Shown: positions 62,198-64,000 of the stretch, piece after piece
Numbering within the stretch: position 1 is the stretch's first letter
Layout of the letters: each line of letters starts with the position of its first letter
Assembly: GCA_000708835.1 (NCBI GenBank)
Contig: DF237046.1
Coordinates: 8,079 to 72,078, forward strand
Direction of reading: 5' to 3'
DNA from: Klebsormidium nitens
Lineage: Eukaryota; Plantae; Klebsormidiophyceae
DNA length: 64,000 nt
The notes under the pieces: generated by a model
Told to the model about the DNA's origin: nothing
What the model saw: only the letters and a program-made list of their open reading frames with translations
Database searches by the model: none
Made by a program: the position numbers and the translations under genes

Positions 62198-63986
62198 ATG
62201 GCAGTCGTGCCGTTCATCAAGCTGCCTTCCAGATTCGAATCAAAGATCTGCCCTCTTTCTGATCCGTTCTGTGGTACAAGGCTGCATCTCAATGTCAAAG
62301 CGGCTCGTTGTATCGACCTTCAACGTGTTGAAGCGCACTACACATCTTCAAGAGGCAGCTGGCAACCCTCCAAGTCCGTGGTCACTTCGGCTGTCAGCCC
62401 ACGTGCACCTAGCTGGGTCAAAGAGGCTTTGTGTCTTGAGCAAACAACGCACTTCCATTGCCGCAAAAGTGCTGCTGGGAGGCTAGGACAGAGGGTGTTC
62501 TCATCAAGCAGCCACGAGGTGAGAAATGGCGGCCTGCAGTGTTCATTCAAAGTCGTATGTCCGACTTTCTGATCTAGTATAGAATCGCACACGGCGCACA
62601 TGATGGTACAACGGATTGAACCGGGCAGATCACTGACAAGCAGATATGCTGACATAATGTTCTGAAGGGCAGGGCTTGACGGCAGCTCAGGCTGGCAGTT
62701 TGTCCCATTTGTTTGTGATTTTGTCTCTGTCGAATGCTGCTTCAGCATCATTGAGAAGGAGAGGGCTTGGGCCAGCTGACATCGCTTAAAAGCATGTCTT
62801 CTGTAGGCGCCGTCAGACGGCCCCAACTGGGACCCGGAGCTTGAACAACCGGCGCTGATTGTGGATCGGGTAGACGAACCCATCAAGCTACCCGAAGAGC
62901 GGATGCCTGGCCATGTCACGTGCAATGGGTTCCTGGTTGACTGCTATGAAGGCTTAGAAGCTGGGCGCACAGAAGCTCACTTCGCAGCAACGTATGAAGA
63001 GTTGCTATCAAAGGATGCAGAGCGAGGCCATGCCAGGTCTGAAAACAGACCGACAGTTTTGGCAAGTTTCTACAAAGACCAGCTGACTCAGCTGGCCGAG
63101 GTGAGGCACTGGCACTCTGACATCTTGTAGCACGGCAGCCTACTTGATCGATATGATCCAGGCAGTCTCCCGTAGGATGTGTCAACCATACAAAAGTAAA
63201 ACCACATTTCTAAGGTGGTCAAGATCCATGAGATTTGCGCTGGGACGATGTAAAGATTCCCATGCACGTCGACTGAGACCACTAAGGTGGTCTTAATTTA
63301 GATCTTCCTCTGACTCTGCAAACTTCTCCATTGTATGGTTCTGTGTGTTCATATGGTGCTCCTTGCTACGAGACTCTCTTCATGTGCTTGAAGCAAGCGG
63401 TCTTGGACCTGCATGTAATTCAGTAGCTATTGAGGTCTCGGCTTTGTAGACAGCCCAGGATTGTAAATAGATAACACGGGTGCTGAAGTCTCTGAATAAC
63501 CTGCAACGCTTGTGAATACCCAAACCATGAATTGTTGCGTTCAAATTAGCGAAAGCCTTCTAGAGGTCGGCAAGTGAACAAAGAGGAGTCCGATTCCTCG
63601 AAGTGTCCTTTCTACCCTCTTGGCAAACTCAAAAGCAACGATTCGAGAACGAGGTCCAATGACTCCTTGGGTCCTATGGGCGTTTTGCAAGTGACGAGTG
63701 TCTTTCTTTTCAGGTCGAAACATTGACGCTGCTCGCCAAATATGTTCCCGGATTCCCAGCCCCGCTGTGTTACGGCGAAGCGCAGAATGAGCGACTTCCT
63801 TACTTCGTAATCAAGCGGGCCTTAAAGAGGACGGTTGGTTCTTTCCGGCTTCTGTCAGATGCAGATAGTGTTCTCTGGGGTGCTCGTCTGGAAGCTCGAG
63901 AGCGGGGAATTGAAGACTTCGACGAACGCTTCCACACCATGCGGGGACTGGCACTATCGTATATCTCTCTTGCTTGCCGAATCTAG
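62198..63986 (+). CDS. Hypothetical protein with transit-peptide-like N-terminus; possible protein-kinase-like (APH-type) N-lobe; may continue past the window
   Basis: Exons 62198-62518, 62807-63100 and 63714-63986 join in phase 0 with GT-AG boundaries. The junction reads VLASFYKDQLTQLAE|VETLTLLAKYVPGFPAPLCYG...LPYFVIKR. The 3' end is uncertain. Confidence 0.5.
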
Positions 63987-64000
63987 CGCAGCGCAGGTGG

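Overview
Intron-rich eukaryotic nuclear DNA with GT-AG introns and C/G-rich third codon positions. The plant-type gene content and style suggest a streptophyte green alga such as Klebsormidium; this is an inference. I reconstructed ten spliced loci by hand. In order they are: a Crinkler (CRN)-like coiled-coil plus P-loop NTPase gene running off the left edge with one frameshift (-); a MATE transporter (+); a steroleosin/11-beta-HSD-like SDR (-); a BAC1-type mitochondrial basic amino acid carrier (-); the spindle checkpoint protein MAD1 (+); a patatin-like phospholipase (+); a DUF1350 alpha/beta hydrolase (+); an SLC43/FMP42-like MFS transporter (-); a membrane-anchored TPR protein (+); and a divergent TraB-family protein (-). 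An eleventh, unassigned gene at the right edge may carry a kinase-like N-lobe (+). An assembly gap of about 700 N lies at 3176-3882. Structure not explained by the genes includes: (1) a 289-bp TA-flanked MITE with perfect 26-bp terminal inverted repeats in the BAC1/MAD1 bidirectional promoter, plus an older copy in a TPR intron; (2) recurrent duplications of exon ends together with their 5' splice sites into the downstream intron (MAD1 three copies at the MAD2-binding motif, SDR two copies); (3) dense GTAC / TACCGTA / TACGGTA islands in promoter-side intergenic DNA. I found no rRNA, tRNA or CRISPR array.
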